Source: Marinicella sp. (lineage in GTDB: Bacteria > Pseudomonadota > Gammaproteobacteria > Xanthomonadales > Marinicellaceae). From it: a stretch of 64,000 nt of DNA. The notes beneath the pieces were generated by a model. It searched no databases, had not been told where the DNA came from, and was given only the letters and a program-made list of their open reading frames with translations. This document shows positions 29,511-40,003 of the stretch, piece after piece (position 1 is the first letter of the stretch; every line of letters starts with the position of its first letter). The stretch spans positions 1,216,001-1,280,000 of the forward strand of contig OZ246001.1 of the NCBI GenBank assembly GCA_965230295.1. The letters are read 5' to 3'. The position numbers were made by a program, and so were the translations under genes.

Positions 29511-31187
29511 GTGATAACTGAGAGGAGTTTGATCATGAGCCTGAGCACCAACAAAGCCTATTTCATCAATCAAAGGGATGTGGTGTTGCGCATCCAACCC
29601 CAGGATAAAACCAGCAAAAATGCCGCCAACCACTTGATCCTGGGTGATTACCTCAGGTACCTGGGGGAGACCAATGGCGACTGGGCCAAGGTCAAATGCC
29701 GTGGCGATGAAGGGTGGCTCAAGAAAGACTGGTTCAGTGATCAACGGCTGTTAGAAATCAACTTTGTCGACATTGGTCAGGGCGATGGCTGCCATGTAGT
29801 CACTCCGGATGATGAAGTGATTCTGATCGATGCCGGCGAAGGAGAAGGGTTCACGGGTAAAGGAGGTGACAACATGACACGTTTCATCAGCTGGCGCTAC
29901 AACCTGCGTTGCCGTGACGATGCCGAACCGCCCTTTGACATTCAGCACGCGGTGATCACACACCCGGATTTGGACCACTATTTCGGTTTCCACAACCTGT
30001 TCTGTCACCCCAAACTCAATTTCAAAACCATCAGTCACAATGGCATCGTGGAACGGCCGTTGGCTGGCGCCAGCCAAAGTACCTTCATGTATGATCTGGG
30101 CCGCAAAGTACCCCCTGAACCGCGCAAGAAAACCTACCATTTGTGGGACACTGTTCGAACCCACCAAGACATGATTGACTTACTGGATGCCCATCCGAAT
30201 TCGCAAAAGTTCTATCTATCTACCCTCCGCGGTGCTCGCAACAACAACCCCAACGTCAAATTTAAATTCATTGATCAATCGTTGAAATTTTTCGATAAGT
30301 ACAACCAAAACAATGACCTGCAAATGGAAGTCCTCGGACCCATCACCGAAGACGTCACGTTCAACGGAGAAACCAAAGACTGCTTGATTAAATTAGGCAA
30401 TGAAGGCGAAACCAAGAACGGGCATTCAGTGATTTTCAAATTGAGGTTTGGTAAGTTGAAAGTGCTGTTAGGTGGAGATTTGAATGCCAAATCACAAGAT
30501 TACATCGCCCAATACTATTCTGGCATTGACACCAAAATGAGCGATTTGGAGGATGAGATCAGAGAAATCAGAGAAGATTTGATCAGTGACAACCTCACCA
30601 TCGATGAACGAAAAGCCATGGAACAAAGACTCGATGAGCACAAGAAATTATTGGACCTGATCATCAGCAAAACCCGTGGTGTGTTTCAATGTGACATTGC
30701 CAAAGCCTGCCACCACGGTGCCAGTGATGTGCTTGATTCATTCCTCAAAGCCATCAACCCCATAGCGACAGTGATTTCCAGTGGCGATGAAGAATCGCAC
30801 TCACATCCTAGGCCCGATGCCCTGGGCGCCTTCGGTAAAGCCAGTCGTGGGCATCGACCATTGATCTTTTCCACCGAATTGGCGCGCAGCTCACAAGAGT
30901 TTTCCTACCCCATTAAATCCTATGAGAAACTCAAAGCCCTGGATGCCAAAAAACAAGCGGCCTCCACCCAAGCCGATAAAGATGCCATCCAACAGGAAAT
31001 GGAAGAATTTCGCGACTCCAATGTGGCCCGCTACGGCATGATCACCATCCGCACCGACGGTGAACGGGTCATCATTGCCCAAAAGCTCGAAGAAGAACGA
31101 TCAGCCGGCCAGAAATGGGACATCTATGATTTGTTCTGGAATGAAAAACTGGAAGAGTTTGAGTATCGCAAAAGTGGCGGTCACTGA
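29511..31187 (+). CDS. SH3-like domain + ComEC/Rec2-type metallo-beta-lactamase-fold hydrolase
   Basis: FVDIGQGD, LIDAG, THPDLDH, GDL, HHGA; N-terminal GDWAKV...GWL. Confidence 0.8.
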   Translation: MITERSLIMSLSTNKAYFINQRDVVLRIQPQDKTSKNAANHLILGDYLRYLGETNGDWAKVKCRGDEGWLKKDWFSDQRLLEINFVDIGQGDGCHVVTPDDEVILIDAGEGEGFTGKGGDNMTRFISWRYNLRCRDDAEPPFDIQHAVITHPDLDHYFGFHNLFCHPKLNFKTISHNGIVERPLAGASQSTFMYDLGRKVPPEPRKKTYHLWDTVRTHQDMIDLLDAHPNSQKFYLSTLRGARNNNPNVKFKFIDQSLKFFDKYNQNNDLQMEVLGPITEDVTFNGETKDCLIKLGNEGETKNGHSVIFKLRFGKLKVLLGGDLNAKSQDYIAQYYSGIDTKMSDLEDEIREIREDLISDNLTIDERKAMEQRLDEHKKLLDLIISKTRGVFQCDIAKACHHGASDVLDSFLKAINPIATVISSGDEESHSHPRPDALGAFGKASRGHRPLIFSTELARSSQEFSYPIKSYEKLKALDAKKQAASTQADKDAIQQEMEEFRDSNVARYGMITIRTDGERVIIAQKLEEERSAGQKWDIYDLFWNEKLEEFEYRKSGGH

Positions 31188-31195
31188 CCGGGCCC

Positions 31196-31316
31196 GCCAT
31201 CCCGACCGATGCCGGCCGTTACCACCTCCTGCTCTCAAGGCACGCCTACATCCATGTAGGCGAGGGATCTCACAAGACGAAACCCCATGTCATCCCGAGC
31301 ACAGCCGAGGGATCTC
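31196..31316 (+). repeat. two GTCATCCCGA...CGAGGGATCTC palindromic repeats, the first carrying an inserted segment
   Basis: Copies 31196-31271 and 31289-31316; gcctacatccatgtaggc hairpin inside copy 1. Confidence 0.7.
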
Positions 31317-31376
31317 CCTAAGCTGATTTGATGGTTAAATCTATGAGTTTGAAACCTCAATAGCCCTAGAGTCCAA

Positions 31377-31426
31377 GGTCGACTGAAGTCGACGCTCCGT
31401 ATGGTTTTTTTGGAGCGTTGACTTCA
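31377..31426. repeat. REP-doublet-like inverted repeat (GGAGCGTCGACTTCAGTCGAC family)
   Basis: tgaagtcgacgctcc...ggagcgttgacttca; related copy at 52635-52652. Confidence 0.65.
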
Positions 31427-31531
31427 TGCTATGAAAAATCTCTGACTTGCATATAAATTCTCTTACAGAAAATCCGTTTTATTCGACTGATCATGCTTTA
31501 GGATAGTTTATATACTGATCAACACTTATTA

Positions 31532-31561
31532 TCGTCATACCGGCGCAAGCCGGTATGACGA
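31532..31561. repeat. perfect 13-bp-stem palindrome with GCAA loop (REP-like or terminator)
   Basis: tcgtcataccggc-gcaa-gccggtatgacga. Confidence 0.8.
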
Positions 31562-31572
31562 CGTTATTTGGA

Positions 31573-31842
31573 TTAAATGAATTGTATGAAATACCAGGCG
31601 TGTAATATCAGCACTACTTGAGGAAGCATTGAATACCATTTTTTCTTTTGTAGGACCATACCAGCAAAGCCAAACAGTCCACCAAATGCTTGAAGGTATA
31701 AGGCAAACATCAAACCATAACCATGTCTATCAAGTCTGCCAAGTAATTCAATTTCAACCAATATAAAGAATGAATATGCAAACATCAAAATACAAATGAC
31801 GATTTCAATCCAGGAAATTACTTGAAGGATTTTCCTATTCAT
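31573..31842 (-). CDS. small hypothetical membrane protein
   Basis: 89 aa, about 3 TM helices, overlaps the mpl stop. Confidence 0.6.
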   Translation of the reverse strand: MNRKILQVISWIEIVICILMFAYSFFILVEIELLGRLDRHGYGLMFALYLQAFGGLFGFAGMVLQKKKWYSMLPQVVLILHAWYFIQFI

Positions 31843-33190
31843 TCATCAACTCAAACAGCCTCCTCGGCGCATTCTCAAAGCCGCCGTTGCTCATCATCAC
31901 CACTTGATCGCCAGGTTGGAGGTCTTGCTGCAGGTGCGTCAGTAATTCATCGACTGAGGTCATCACCTCGCATTGGTCAGCCAGTTGGGCTTTGATGTTG
32001 GGGTCCCAATCCAGATCAGGATAGATCATCACATAGGCATGATCACAACCAGACAAAGCTTTTGGCAAAGCTGCCGCGTGAGCGCCGGCACGCATCGAGT
32101 TGCTGCGAGGTTCCAACACAGCAATGGTGCGGCCATGGGTGACGGCCTTAAGACCCGCCAAGGTGGTTTCGATGGCCGTGGGGTGGTGGGCGAAATCATC
32201 GTAAATGTGGATGTCATTGACTTCACCAATCAACTCCATGCGCCTTTTTACATTTTGAAAACGGCTCATCGATGCAGCAGCATCTGCGATTGAAACACCG
32301 GCCTTTCCGGCTGCCAGCATGGCCGCCAAAGCATTGAGTTGGTTGTGAGTACCAGTGATGGCCCAATCGATCACTGCCAACTCGCCAGTGGCATCATGGA
32401 TGCTGAATTTTCGCGGATCATTTGGATCAGTGACCACCCAATAATCAGCAGAATCATCACGCCCAAAACTGACCACCGGTGTCCAACAACCCATGGCCAG
32501 GACTTCTTGCAGGTTCTCATCGTCTCCATTGACCACCATCTGGCCATTGGCGGGAATGGTTCTGATCAAATGATGGAACTGGGTTTTGATGGCATCGAGG
32601 TCTTTGAATATATCGGCATGATCAAATTCCAGGTTGTTCAAAATCACCACATCACTGTGGTAATGTACGAATTTAGAACGTTTATCAAAAAAGGCTGAAT
32701 CGTATTCATCCGCTTCAATGACAAAGGCTCGGCTCTCAGTCACCCGCGCTGATTGTGGGAAGTGATGACACACACCACCAATCAAAAAACCTGGGTTCAC
32801 CTCATTGTCTTCCAGAATCCAGGCCAACATGGAAGCGGTGGTGGTCTTGCCATGGGTGCCGGCAACGGCAAAAACTTGCTTGTCTCGCAACACCTGTTCA
32901 CCCAACCATTGCGGCCCTGAGCTGTATGGAGTGCTGTGTTCCAAGGTGTACTCTACGGCTGGCATACCACGTGTCATGACGTTGCCCACGATCACTTGGT
33001 CCAGATCCTCTGATGTTAAAGGCTCGGCATCATAACCTGGGTGGATGTCGATGCCCAATTGGGCCAATTGGTCACTCATCGGCGGATACACATTTTGATC
33101 AGAACCTGAAACCTGATGGCCCAACTGCCTGGCAATGGCCGCGATCCCACCCATAAAGGTTCCGCAGATGCCTAATATATGAATTTTCAT
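31835..33190 (-). CDS. mpl: UDP-MurNAc:L-Ala-gamma-D-Glu-mDAP ligase
   Basis: HILGICGTFMGG, GTHGKTTT, EADEYDSAFFDKRSKF, DDFAHHP. Confidence 0.96.
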   Translation of the reverse strand: MKIHILGICGTFMGGIAAIARQLGHQVSGSDQNVYPPMSDQLAQLGIDIHPGYDAEPLTSEDLDQVIVGNVMTRGMPAVEYTLEHSTPYSSGPQWLGEQVLRDKQVFAVAGTHGKTTTASMLAWILEDNEVNPGFLIGGVCHHFPQSARVTESRAFVIEADEYDSAFFDKRSKFVHYHSDVVILNNLEFDHADIFKDLDAIKTQFHHLIRTIPANGQMVVNGDDENLQEVLAMGCWTPVVSFGRDDSADYWVVTDPNDPRKFSIHDATGELAVIDWAITGTHNQLNALAAMLAAGKAGVSIADAAASMSRFQNVKRRMELIGEVNDIHIYDDFAHHPTAIETTLAGLKAVTHGRTIAVLEPRSNSMRAGAHAAALPKALSGCDHAYVMIYPDLDWDPNIKAQLADQCEVMTSVDELLTHLQQDLQPGDQVVMMSNGGFENAPRRLFELMNE

Positions 33191-33213
33191 GAGCCTAGTA
33201 TACCGGTTTTGCT

Positions 33214-34434
33214 TCAGCCATGGCTGACTTCATAGCCAAATGGATCATCGATGGAATGCGATGGTTCAGTGAACCACTTAGGACCCGTGCTGGTCATGTA
33301 GAAGTGGTCTTCCAAACGCACACCAAACTCACCAGGCACACACAACATCGGCTCATTGGAAAAACACATGCCCACATCCAAAGGTGTTTGGTCGCCCTTG
33401 ACCAAATAAGGCCCTTCATGGATGTCCATGCCGATGCCGTGACCGGTGCGGTGGGGCAATCCTGGGGTTTGGTATTCAGGACCAAATCCTTGAGAAGCCA
33501 GGAATTGTCGAGCTGCCAAGTCTGCCTTTTCACAGGGTTGGCCCAACCGAGCTGCCGCAAAAGCCTTGGCTTGGGCGTTTTTTTCGGCCAACCATATCTC
33601 ACGGTGTCGTTCCGTCGGCTCGCCATATACATAGCTGCGGGTGATGTCTGAAATGTAATGTTCAACCATGCAGCCGGTATCAATCAATACCATGTCACCG
33701 TGCTCCAAGGATTTTGGGTTTTTAACACCATGCGGATAAGCGGTGTCTTCGCCAAACAAAACAATGCAAAAATAGGATCCTTTTGGGGCTCCAACTGCTT
33801 GGTGGGCTTGGTTGATAAAATCAGTGACTTCTTGAGTACTGATCCCGTCTCTGAGTATACGAGCCGCCGCTTTGTGCACCTGCAAAGTCATGGTTTTGGC
33901 AGTTTGTAATAAACTCAATTCCTGAACAGATTTTCGACTGCGGCAGTATTGACTGACCGCTTGTCCATTTTGAAATTGAGTGTCTGGGCTGGCCCCCTTC
34001 AATTGAGCGTACATATTGAATGGTAAGGATTCATCCAACGCCAGGGTGTTGATCCCATAAGCTTTGATTTGTTCAGCCAGCAGCTCAAAAGGGCTTTCAT
34101 GTTCCTGCCAGCCCAACACGGGTCCAGTCAGTTGCATGAAACCTTGCAAGGTACCCATTTCAAAATGAGGTGAGATATAAACCAATTCACCGGTGGCAGT
34201 TAACAATGCCCCGACCAGTCTTTCGCTGGGATGCCAATGGGTGCCGGTGAAGTAGCTGAGGTTGGTGCCAGCATGGATATACAAAGCATCCCAACCTTTG
34301 TCATTCAAACGAGCGGTTGCCCGGTTAATCCTGTCTTGATACTCAACCAAGCTTATGGGCTTAACAGAGCCCGTCATGTTGGTTAATTTGGCCAATTCTG
34401 TTTGGGCATCGCTGCCACCAATTCCAATGGTCAT
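33214..34434 (-). CDS. Xaa-Pro peptidase (M24 family)
   Basis: DTGC...SDITR, HRTGHGIGMDIHE, NEPM, RLED. Confidence 0.93.
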   Translation of the reverse strand: MTIGIGGSDAQTELAKLTNMTGSVKPISLVEYQDRINRATARLNDKGWDALYIHAGTNLSYFTGTHWHPSERLVGALLTATGELVYISPHFEMGTLQGFMQLTGPVLGWQEHESPFELLAEQIKAYGINTLALDESLPFNMYAQLKGASPDTQFQNGQAVSQYCRSRKSVQELSLLQTAKTMTLQVHKAAARILRDGISTQEVTDFINQAHQAVGAPKGSYFCIVLFGEDTAYPHGVKNPKSLEHGDMVLIDTGCMVEHYISDITRSYVYGEPTERHREIWLAEKNAQAKAFAAARLGQPCEKADLAARQFLASQGFGPEYQTPGLPHRTGHGIGMDIHEGPYLVKGDQTPLDVGMCFSNEPMLCVPGEFGVRLEDHFYMTSTGPKWFTEPSHSIDDPFGYEVSHG

Positions 34435-34613
34435 TACATTATATTGATGTCTAAATTGACAGTCATTTTACCTGCACCTGGCTTTTAATATATGCATATT
34501 TTTAAGTTTTAAAAGCCACCTGCGCTGGTGTATCTATATGCCTAAATTCTGCAGGTTACATGCAAAAAACGTCGAATTCTCTTATAATGTGCGGCTTAGT
34601 CATTTCCCGAACT

Positions 34614-35405
34614 ATGCTTTTGGATACAATCTTACACATCATCAGATTCCTGTTGCGGATCATGGCCTTTGTATTGTCTTTGGTCTTTGTGTTGCCGTTT
34701 GTGATTTTTGGCATCTTACTGGCAAAACTGTTTCGCAATCATGACACCAATGAATTCATCCTGGTTTATTGGTCCAGGTTGTTGTGTTTTATTTGTGGTC
34801 TAAAAGTTTATGTCCATGGCCAAAAACCCGCTTCACCGGTCTTGCTGGTGGCCAATCATGTCTCCTGGTTAGACATTCCCATCATTCATTCATTGATGTT
34901 GGCAGGTTTTGTGGCCAAAAGCGAAATTAAGTACTGGCCCATCATAGGCTGGGTGACCATGGTCGGCGACACCTTGTTCCTTAAACGTGGCAGTGCTGAG
35001 TCCCGCAAAGGGGTTTTGACTCAGATAAAAAAACGATTGAACAGTGGTCGTTCTGTGGCTGTATTTCCAGAAGGCACTGTGACTGATGGCAGTCATCTAA
35101 GGACATTTCATCGCCAACTGATCCATGCAGCGGTTGAAACTGAAACACCCATTTTACCGGTTGCCATAAAATTCTTAAATAAAGACGGCAGTCGCAATGA
35201 CCAGGTAGGGTTTTTAAATGATGAATTTTTCTTAACCCATGTTTGGCGCATCTTGAGTTTACCCAATTCTGTGGTTGAGATTCACTGTGGTGAGTTGGTT
35301 ACTGATTTTGACTCAGGTGCACGAGCTGTGACATTACAATCCAGATCTTACATTGAACAGGAGTTGTTGAAGAATGATTATATGTCAGCCCCCAATCAGG
35401 CCTAA
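34614..35405 (+). CDS. 1-acyl-sn-glycerol-3-phosphate acyltransferase family
   Basis: NHVSWLD, FVAKSE, FPEGT. Confidence 0.92.
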   Translation: MLLDTILHIIRFLLRIMAFVLSLVFVLPFVIFGILLAKLFRNHDTNEFILVYWSRLLCFICGLKVYVHGQKPASPVLLVANHVSWLDIPIIHSLMLAGFVAKSEIKYWPIIGWVTMVGDTLFLKRGSAESRKGVLTQIKKRLNSGRSVAVFPEGTVTDGSHLRTFHRQLIHAAVETETPILPVAIKFLNKDGSRNDQVGFLNDEFFLTHVWRILSLPNSVVEIHCGELVTDFDSGARAVTLQSRSYIEQELLKNDYMSAPNQA

Positions 35406-36333
35406 AAACAAGCACCTCCAATCCATCCTGGCCAGTTCAAAAGTTCGTTTGTTGCGATTACGTAAGGGCAATCCTGTGAATGAAAACCAGGTAGAACAAA
35501 CCCTACAGAACCCACACGCCACTTTGTTGGGCTATTACACACAAAACCCCAATCCATCAGATACTGTCGCTATTTTGTTACATGGCTGGGAAGGCAGCTC
35601 TGACTCAACCTACATTCAATTGCTGGCTGATTCATTGTACCGCGAAGGTTTAGACATTTATCGACTGAACCTGCGTGACCATGGTGATTCGCATCACATG
35701 AATGAAGATTTGTTCCATTCGTGTCGCATCGAAGAAGTGGTTCATGCAGTTCAAGACATCCAAAAACAATTCCCAGATAAAAAATTCATCCTATGTGGCT
35801 TTTCATTGGGTGGCAATTTTGCTCTCAGGGTCGCTGCCAGGGCACAACAGGCCAAACTCGATTTTAAACATGTTTTTGCTGTTTCGCCGCCTATCATTCC
35901 CAAGAACAGCATGCAAGCCATTCATGGCTCCAAGTTATATAACAAATACTTTCTTCGTAAGTGGAAACGATCCTTACACATCAAGAACAACTTATTTCCC
36001 CACATTTTTGCTGACCACCAATGGCAAGCTGAAGAGAATCTGGAGCGATTGACCCAGATGCTGATTGTGGCACATACTGAGTACACCAGTACTGATGATT
36101 ATTTCAATGGCTATTCGATCACTCCAGATGTGATCAGAGCCATCACCCACCCAACTCATGTCATCACCGCATGGGATGACCCCGTGATTCCATTCGAAGA
36201 TTTTAGTACAATTGACCGCTTACCTCAGATCAAACTGTTGACCACTGCCCATGGCGGGCATTGCGGTTTTATTCAAGGATTGAGCATGAGGTCATGGATT
36301 GAAGACCACATCATTCAAGAGATAAAGCAATGA
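35374..36333 (+). CDS. YheT-like alpha/beta hydrolase
   Basis: HGWEGS, GFSLGGN, DDPVI, GGHCGF. Confidence 0.88.
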   Translation: MIICQPPIRPKNKHLQSILASSKVRLLRLRKGNPVNENQVEQTLQNPHATLLGYYTQNPNPSDTVAILLHGWEGSSDSTYIQLLADSLYREGLDIYRLNLRDHGDSHHMNEDLFHSCRIEEVVHAVQDIQKQFPDKKFILCGFSLGGNFALRVAARAQQAKLDFKHVFAVSPPIIPKNSMQAIHGSKLYNKYFLRKWKRSLHIKNNLFPHIFADHQWQAEENLERLTQMLIVAHTEYTSTDDYFNGYSITPDVIRAITHPTHVITAWDDPVIPFEDFSTIDRLPQIKLLTTAHGGHCGFIQGLSMRSWIEDHIIQEIKQ

Positions 36334-38333
36334 GCCAAATAGAAGAGATAAAAAAACTACATCAAGCTGGGCAGTTTGAAGCTGCCATCAAAGGTTATCA
36401 TGACATATTAACCGCAGAACCTAACAACGATGAGGCCCATTTCGGTATGGCCCATGCCTGCAGCCGCATCAATGACCTTGAATTGGCTTTGAAACATGCC
36501 AAAGAAGCAGTGAACCTGTCACCCAACTCAGATCGCTACCAACAATTCAAAGGCCAGATGTTGATGGCCAATGGCCAGTTGGATGACGCCATGAAAGCAT
36601 TCAAGCGATCAATCAAAGAGAACCCAAACCTGTTTTTTTCATATTTGGCCGTGGGTGACATATACGCCATTAAAAATGAATCCAACAAAGCCAAGAACAA
36701 CTACAAAATGGCATTGAAAGTCCACAGCAATGGCGTCCCGGCCATCACCAAACTGGCCAAATTGCTGTTGATAGAAGGTGACTACAACGGTGCTGAGGAT
36801 TTACTTCAACAATCAGAATTACAATACCCCAATGACCCCAATATCAAACTGCACATGGGCATTTTAAAGTTAGAGCAGGGCGAAGAAGGTTTTGCTGAAT
36901 TGTATTTCAAAAAATTGTTGGAAGACGACCCGAACAACCATGTGGCCAAAGCCTATTTGAGTTCAAGTTTACTGCGCAGCGACCCAGAAAAAGCCACACA
37001 ACTGATCACTGAAATGCTGAACCAACGGATACAAATTCCTGAATTAATGGCTGCATTGGGTAAATGGTATGCCAGTACCAACAACCACCAGGAAGCCATC
37101 AGGTACCTGACTCCAATCTGCCAATCTGGTTTGGCTTACCCCAGTTGGCTGTTAACCCTGGCGCAAACCAGTGTGGGCAATTTACAACCCAACACTGCCA
37201 TGGGGATTTTGAATGAAGTGTTGAAACGGGGCGAAAACAGCCGGGCCTTGTTGATGTTAGGCCAAATTCACCAAATCAATGCCAACTACCCTGCTGCGAT
37301 CAAAACCTACCAAAAAATCAACCCCAACGATCAATTCTTCCAAGAGGCTCAATTGATGCAGGCCGAATGCCACTATTCTGCGACCGACTATCCGGCCGTG
37401 ATCAAACAATTGGATGAAGTGCTGGCCGCCAAACCTGATCACAACACAGCGGTTAAGCTGAAACTTAACACCCTCTCACAATTAGGCAAAGTTGATGATG
37501 CGCTGGCCCTGATTGACTCAATTGACAACGATAAACAAACCCCCTCTTTCAATCAGTTGATGCATTTGTACGCCGGCTTACTGCTTGATGAGAAACATGA
37601 CTATGACCAGGCCTGGGAACATTTTGTCAAATTGGAACACCCCAAGCCGCAAACCATTGAAATGTTGAGCAGCGAGGATGAAAAAGCCATACAGGCTTTA
37701 CCTTCTCCACCAGCAAGTTCGGTATTCAGGTTTGTTTTTACCGACCCTGCCACCGGACACCATGATTTTCTTAATTGGCTGCTGCAAAATAAAGTCACAC
37801 CATTAATTGACCGCTTCACCAACAAAGCCAGGGGGGATGTATTTTCTCAGCAGTGGACAGTGAAGATGCTGAATGATTTGAATGAAGGTCAAATGCATTT
37901 GTGGCGCAAAAAATACATCAAACAATTGAATTTTGCACTGCAAAATGATGCTGAAATGGTGGTCGACTTCCTGCCGTTTTCGCCCATCAACGCAGCCATC
38001 ATCAAGCGCATTTTCCCACAAGCACATGTTTTGGTGTTGAGCAGAAACATTGCTGATTTGAGACTACACAACCAAGTCTTTGGCAGCCATCAGGTCCATT
38101 ATTCACATTTTTCAAAAGTGGCCAACCAAATGATTGCCATGAACCCCAATGTGGCATTGGTTGATATGGATGCCTGGCAGGCCGGAGATGACCTGGCTTT
38201 GAAAAACATCCACAAGACCTTTGGAGAATATGTGAAGCCATTCGCCATGGCCCAAGTTACGCCGTTGGATCGTTTGATGTTTCCATTCATGCATTGGAAA
38301 AATTATCAAAAACAACTCAACGCCAGTTCCTAG
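36330..38333 (+). CDS. TPR protein with degenerate sulfotransferase-like C-terminal domain
   Basis: Many TPR repeats; DFLP...IFPQAHVLVLSRN. Confidence 0.8.
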   Translation: MSQIEEIKKLHQAGQFEAAIKGYHDILTAEPNNDEAHFGMAHACSRINDLELALKHAKEAVNLSPNSDRYQQFKGQMLMANGQLDDAMKAFKRSIKENPNLFFSYLAVGDIYAIKNESNKAKNNYKMALKVHSNGVPAITKLAKLLLIEGDYNGAEDLLQQSELQYPNDPNIKLHMGILKLEQGEEGFAELYFKKLLEDDPNNHVAKAYLSSSLLRSDPEKATQLITEMLNQRIQIPELMAALGKWYASTNNHQEAIRYLTPICQSGLAYPSWLLTLAQTSVGNLQPNTAMGILNEVLKRGENSRALLMLGQIHQINANYPAAIKTYQKINPNDQFFQEAQLMQAECHYSATDYPAVIKQLDEVLAAKPDHNTAVKLKLNTLSQLGKVDDALALIDSIDNDKQTPSFNQLMHLYAGLLLDEKHDYDQAWEHFVKLEHPKPQTIEMLSSEDEKAIQALPSPPASSVFRFVFTDPATGHHDFLNWLLQNKVTPLIDRFTNKARGDVFSQQWTVKMLNDLNEGQMHLWRKKYIKQLNFALQNDAEMVVDFLPFSPINAAIIKRIFPQAHVLVLSRNIADLRLHNQVFGSHQVHYSHFSKVANQMIAMNPNVALVDMDAWQAGDDLALKNIHKTFGEYVKPFAMAQVTPLDRLMFPFMHWKNYQKQLNASS

Positions 38334-38336
38334 TCT

Positions 38337-39095
38337 ATGCTGTTAGATGTGCTGCAATGGGTGGTGTTGTCCTTGGTTCAAGGGCTGACTGAATTCCTGC
38401 CCATTTCATCTTCAGCACATTTGATTCTGGCATCCAAATTTGCCAGCTGGCAAGACCAAGGTCTGGTGATGGACATCGCGGCTCATTTTGGTTCTTTGTT
38501 GGCCGTGATGATTTATTACCGCAAAGAGATCACCAAACTGTTATCGGGTCAAGACTGGCCTTTGTTCCAACAACTGTTGGTAGCCAGCATACCCATCGCC
38601 TTGACCGGCATCTTGCTGGCCGGGGTGATTGAAGAGCACCTTCGTGAAACCTGGATCATTGCTGCTGCTTCAGCACTGTTTGGTGTGCTGTTGTGGTTCA
38701 GTCAAAGATACAGTAAAAACCGATCTATGGACATGAAAGCGGCCGTCCTGATTGGCTTGGCACAATGCCTGGCTTTGATTCCGGGTGCTTCACGATCAGG
38801 CGTAACCATGACAGCTGGTATGGCCTTGGGATTGAATAAATCACAGGCCGCCAAATTTTCATTTCTACTGGCCATTCCTGCCATCTTGATGACCAGTGCT
38901 TACGGCGCGATGAAACTGATTGAAGCACCACAAACTTATGATCTGATGGGCGTGATCACCATAGTTTCTTTGAGTTTTTTCTCGGCTTGGATGTGCATTC
39001 ATTGGTTCATGAAATACATAGAACGCATTGATTTTATTTGGTTCATGCACTACCGCTTGTTGTTGGCTATACTGATACTATTAACACTCATCTGA
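38337..39095 (+). CDS. uppP: undecaprenyl-diphosphate phosphatase
   Basis: QGLTEFLPISSSAH, ALIPGASRSG. Confidence 0.95.
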   Translation: MLLDVLQWVVLSLVQGLTEFLPISSSAHLILASKFASWQDQGLVMDIAAHFGSLLAVMIYYRKEITKLLSGQDWPLFQQLLVASIPIALTGILLAGVIEEHLRETWIIAAASALFGVLLWFSQRYSKNRSMDMKAAVLIGLAQCLALIPGASRSGVTMTAGMALGLNKSQAAKFSFLLAIPAILMTSAYGAMKLIEAPQTYDLMGVITIVSLSFFSAWMCIHWFMKYIERIDFIWFMHYRLLLAILILLTLI

Positions 39096-39109
39096 AAGAC
39101 TGTAATTAT

Positions 39110-40003
39110 ATGACTGGCATTGATTTACCCAAAGACATCATTTTTGAAACCCGTTATGGCAACATAGCCGGCTTACAATGGGGTAAAGGCAACACCGAAT
39201 CAGTTCTGGCCCTGCATGGATGGTTAGACAACGCCGCCAGTTTTTGGCACCTGGCACCTTTGTTGGCAGCCCATGACATGGAAATCACAGCGATCGACTT
39301 TCCTGGCCACGGTCACTCAGACCACCGTGCTCCAGGACACAATTACGGCTTCATAGATTACGTGATGGACTTGCAGGCCGTGTTGCAACAAATGGAGCAG
39401 CCGACCACCTTACTGTGTCATTCCATGGGTGCAGCCATAGCCGTCATGTATGCGGCGGCTTTTCCCGAACATGTCAAACAGTTGGTATTGATTGAAAACT
39501 TAGGACCTGTGCCGCCCTTTCAACCAGGCAAAGCAGCAGAATCATTGCGAGAGGCATTGAAACTTTGGGGTAAGCACAGTCTAGAGCATAAACGCTTTTA
39601 TTCAGACATCGATAAAGCCATCAAAGCCAGACAAGAAGCGACACCGATTGATACAGAAATCATCAGACCCATGGTTGAACGCGGTTTGTGTCAAACCACC
39701 CAAGGCTATCACTGGCGAACCGATAAGCGTTTGCGGTTACGCAGCTTTTTCAGGATGGCTGAAGAACAAATTCAGGAGTTTTTGGCCGCCACCCAAGTAC
39801 CCGCTCAACTGATCATTGCAGAGCCCAAAACATACGCCTTGCAATACCCCATGGTTGATGCCCGCTTAGCTGCACTGGACCCAACCCGGTTTGATCAAAT
39901 TCCAGGCGATCATCATTTACATATGGGCCAAGCCAAGCTTGTATCCGAAGCCATATTGGCCTTCCTCAACCGCACTCAAGATAACAGCAGTGATGCAAGC
40001 TGA
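39110..40003 (+). CDS. alpha/beta hydrolase
   Basis: LHGWLDNAASF, CHSMG, GDHHLH. Confidence 0.9.
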   Translation: MTGIDLPKDIIFETRYGNIAGLQWGKGNTESVLALHGWLDNAASFWHLAPLLAAHDMEITAIDFPGHGHSDHRAPGHNYGFIDYVMDLQAVLQQMEQPTTLLCHSMGAAIAVMYAAAFPEHVKQLVLIENLGPVPPFQPGKAAESLREALKLWGKHSLEHKRFYSDIDKAIKARQEATPIDTEIIRPMVERGLCQTTQGYHWRTDKRLRLRSFFRMAEEQIQEFLAATQVPAQLIIAEPKTYALQYPMVDARLAALDPTRFDQIPGDHHLHMGQAKLVSEAILAFLNRTQDNSSDAS

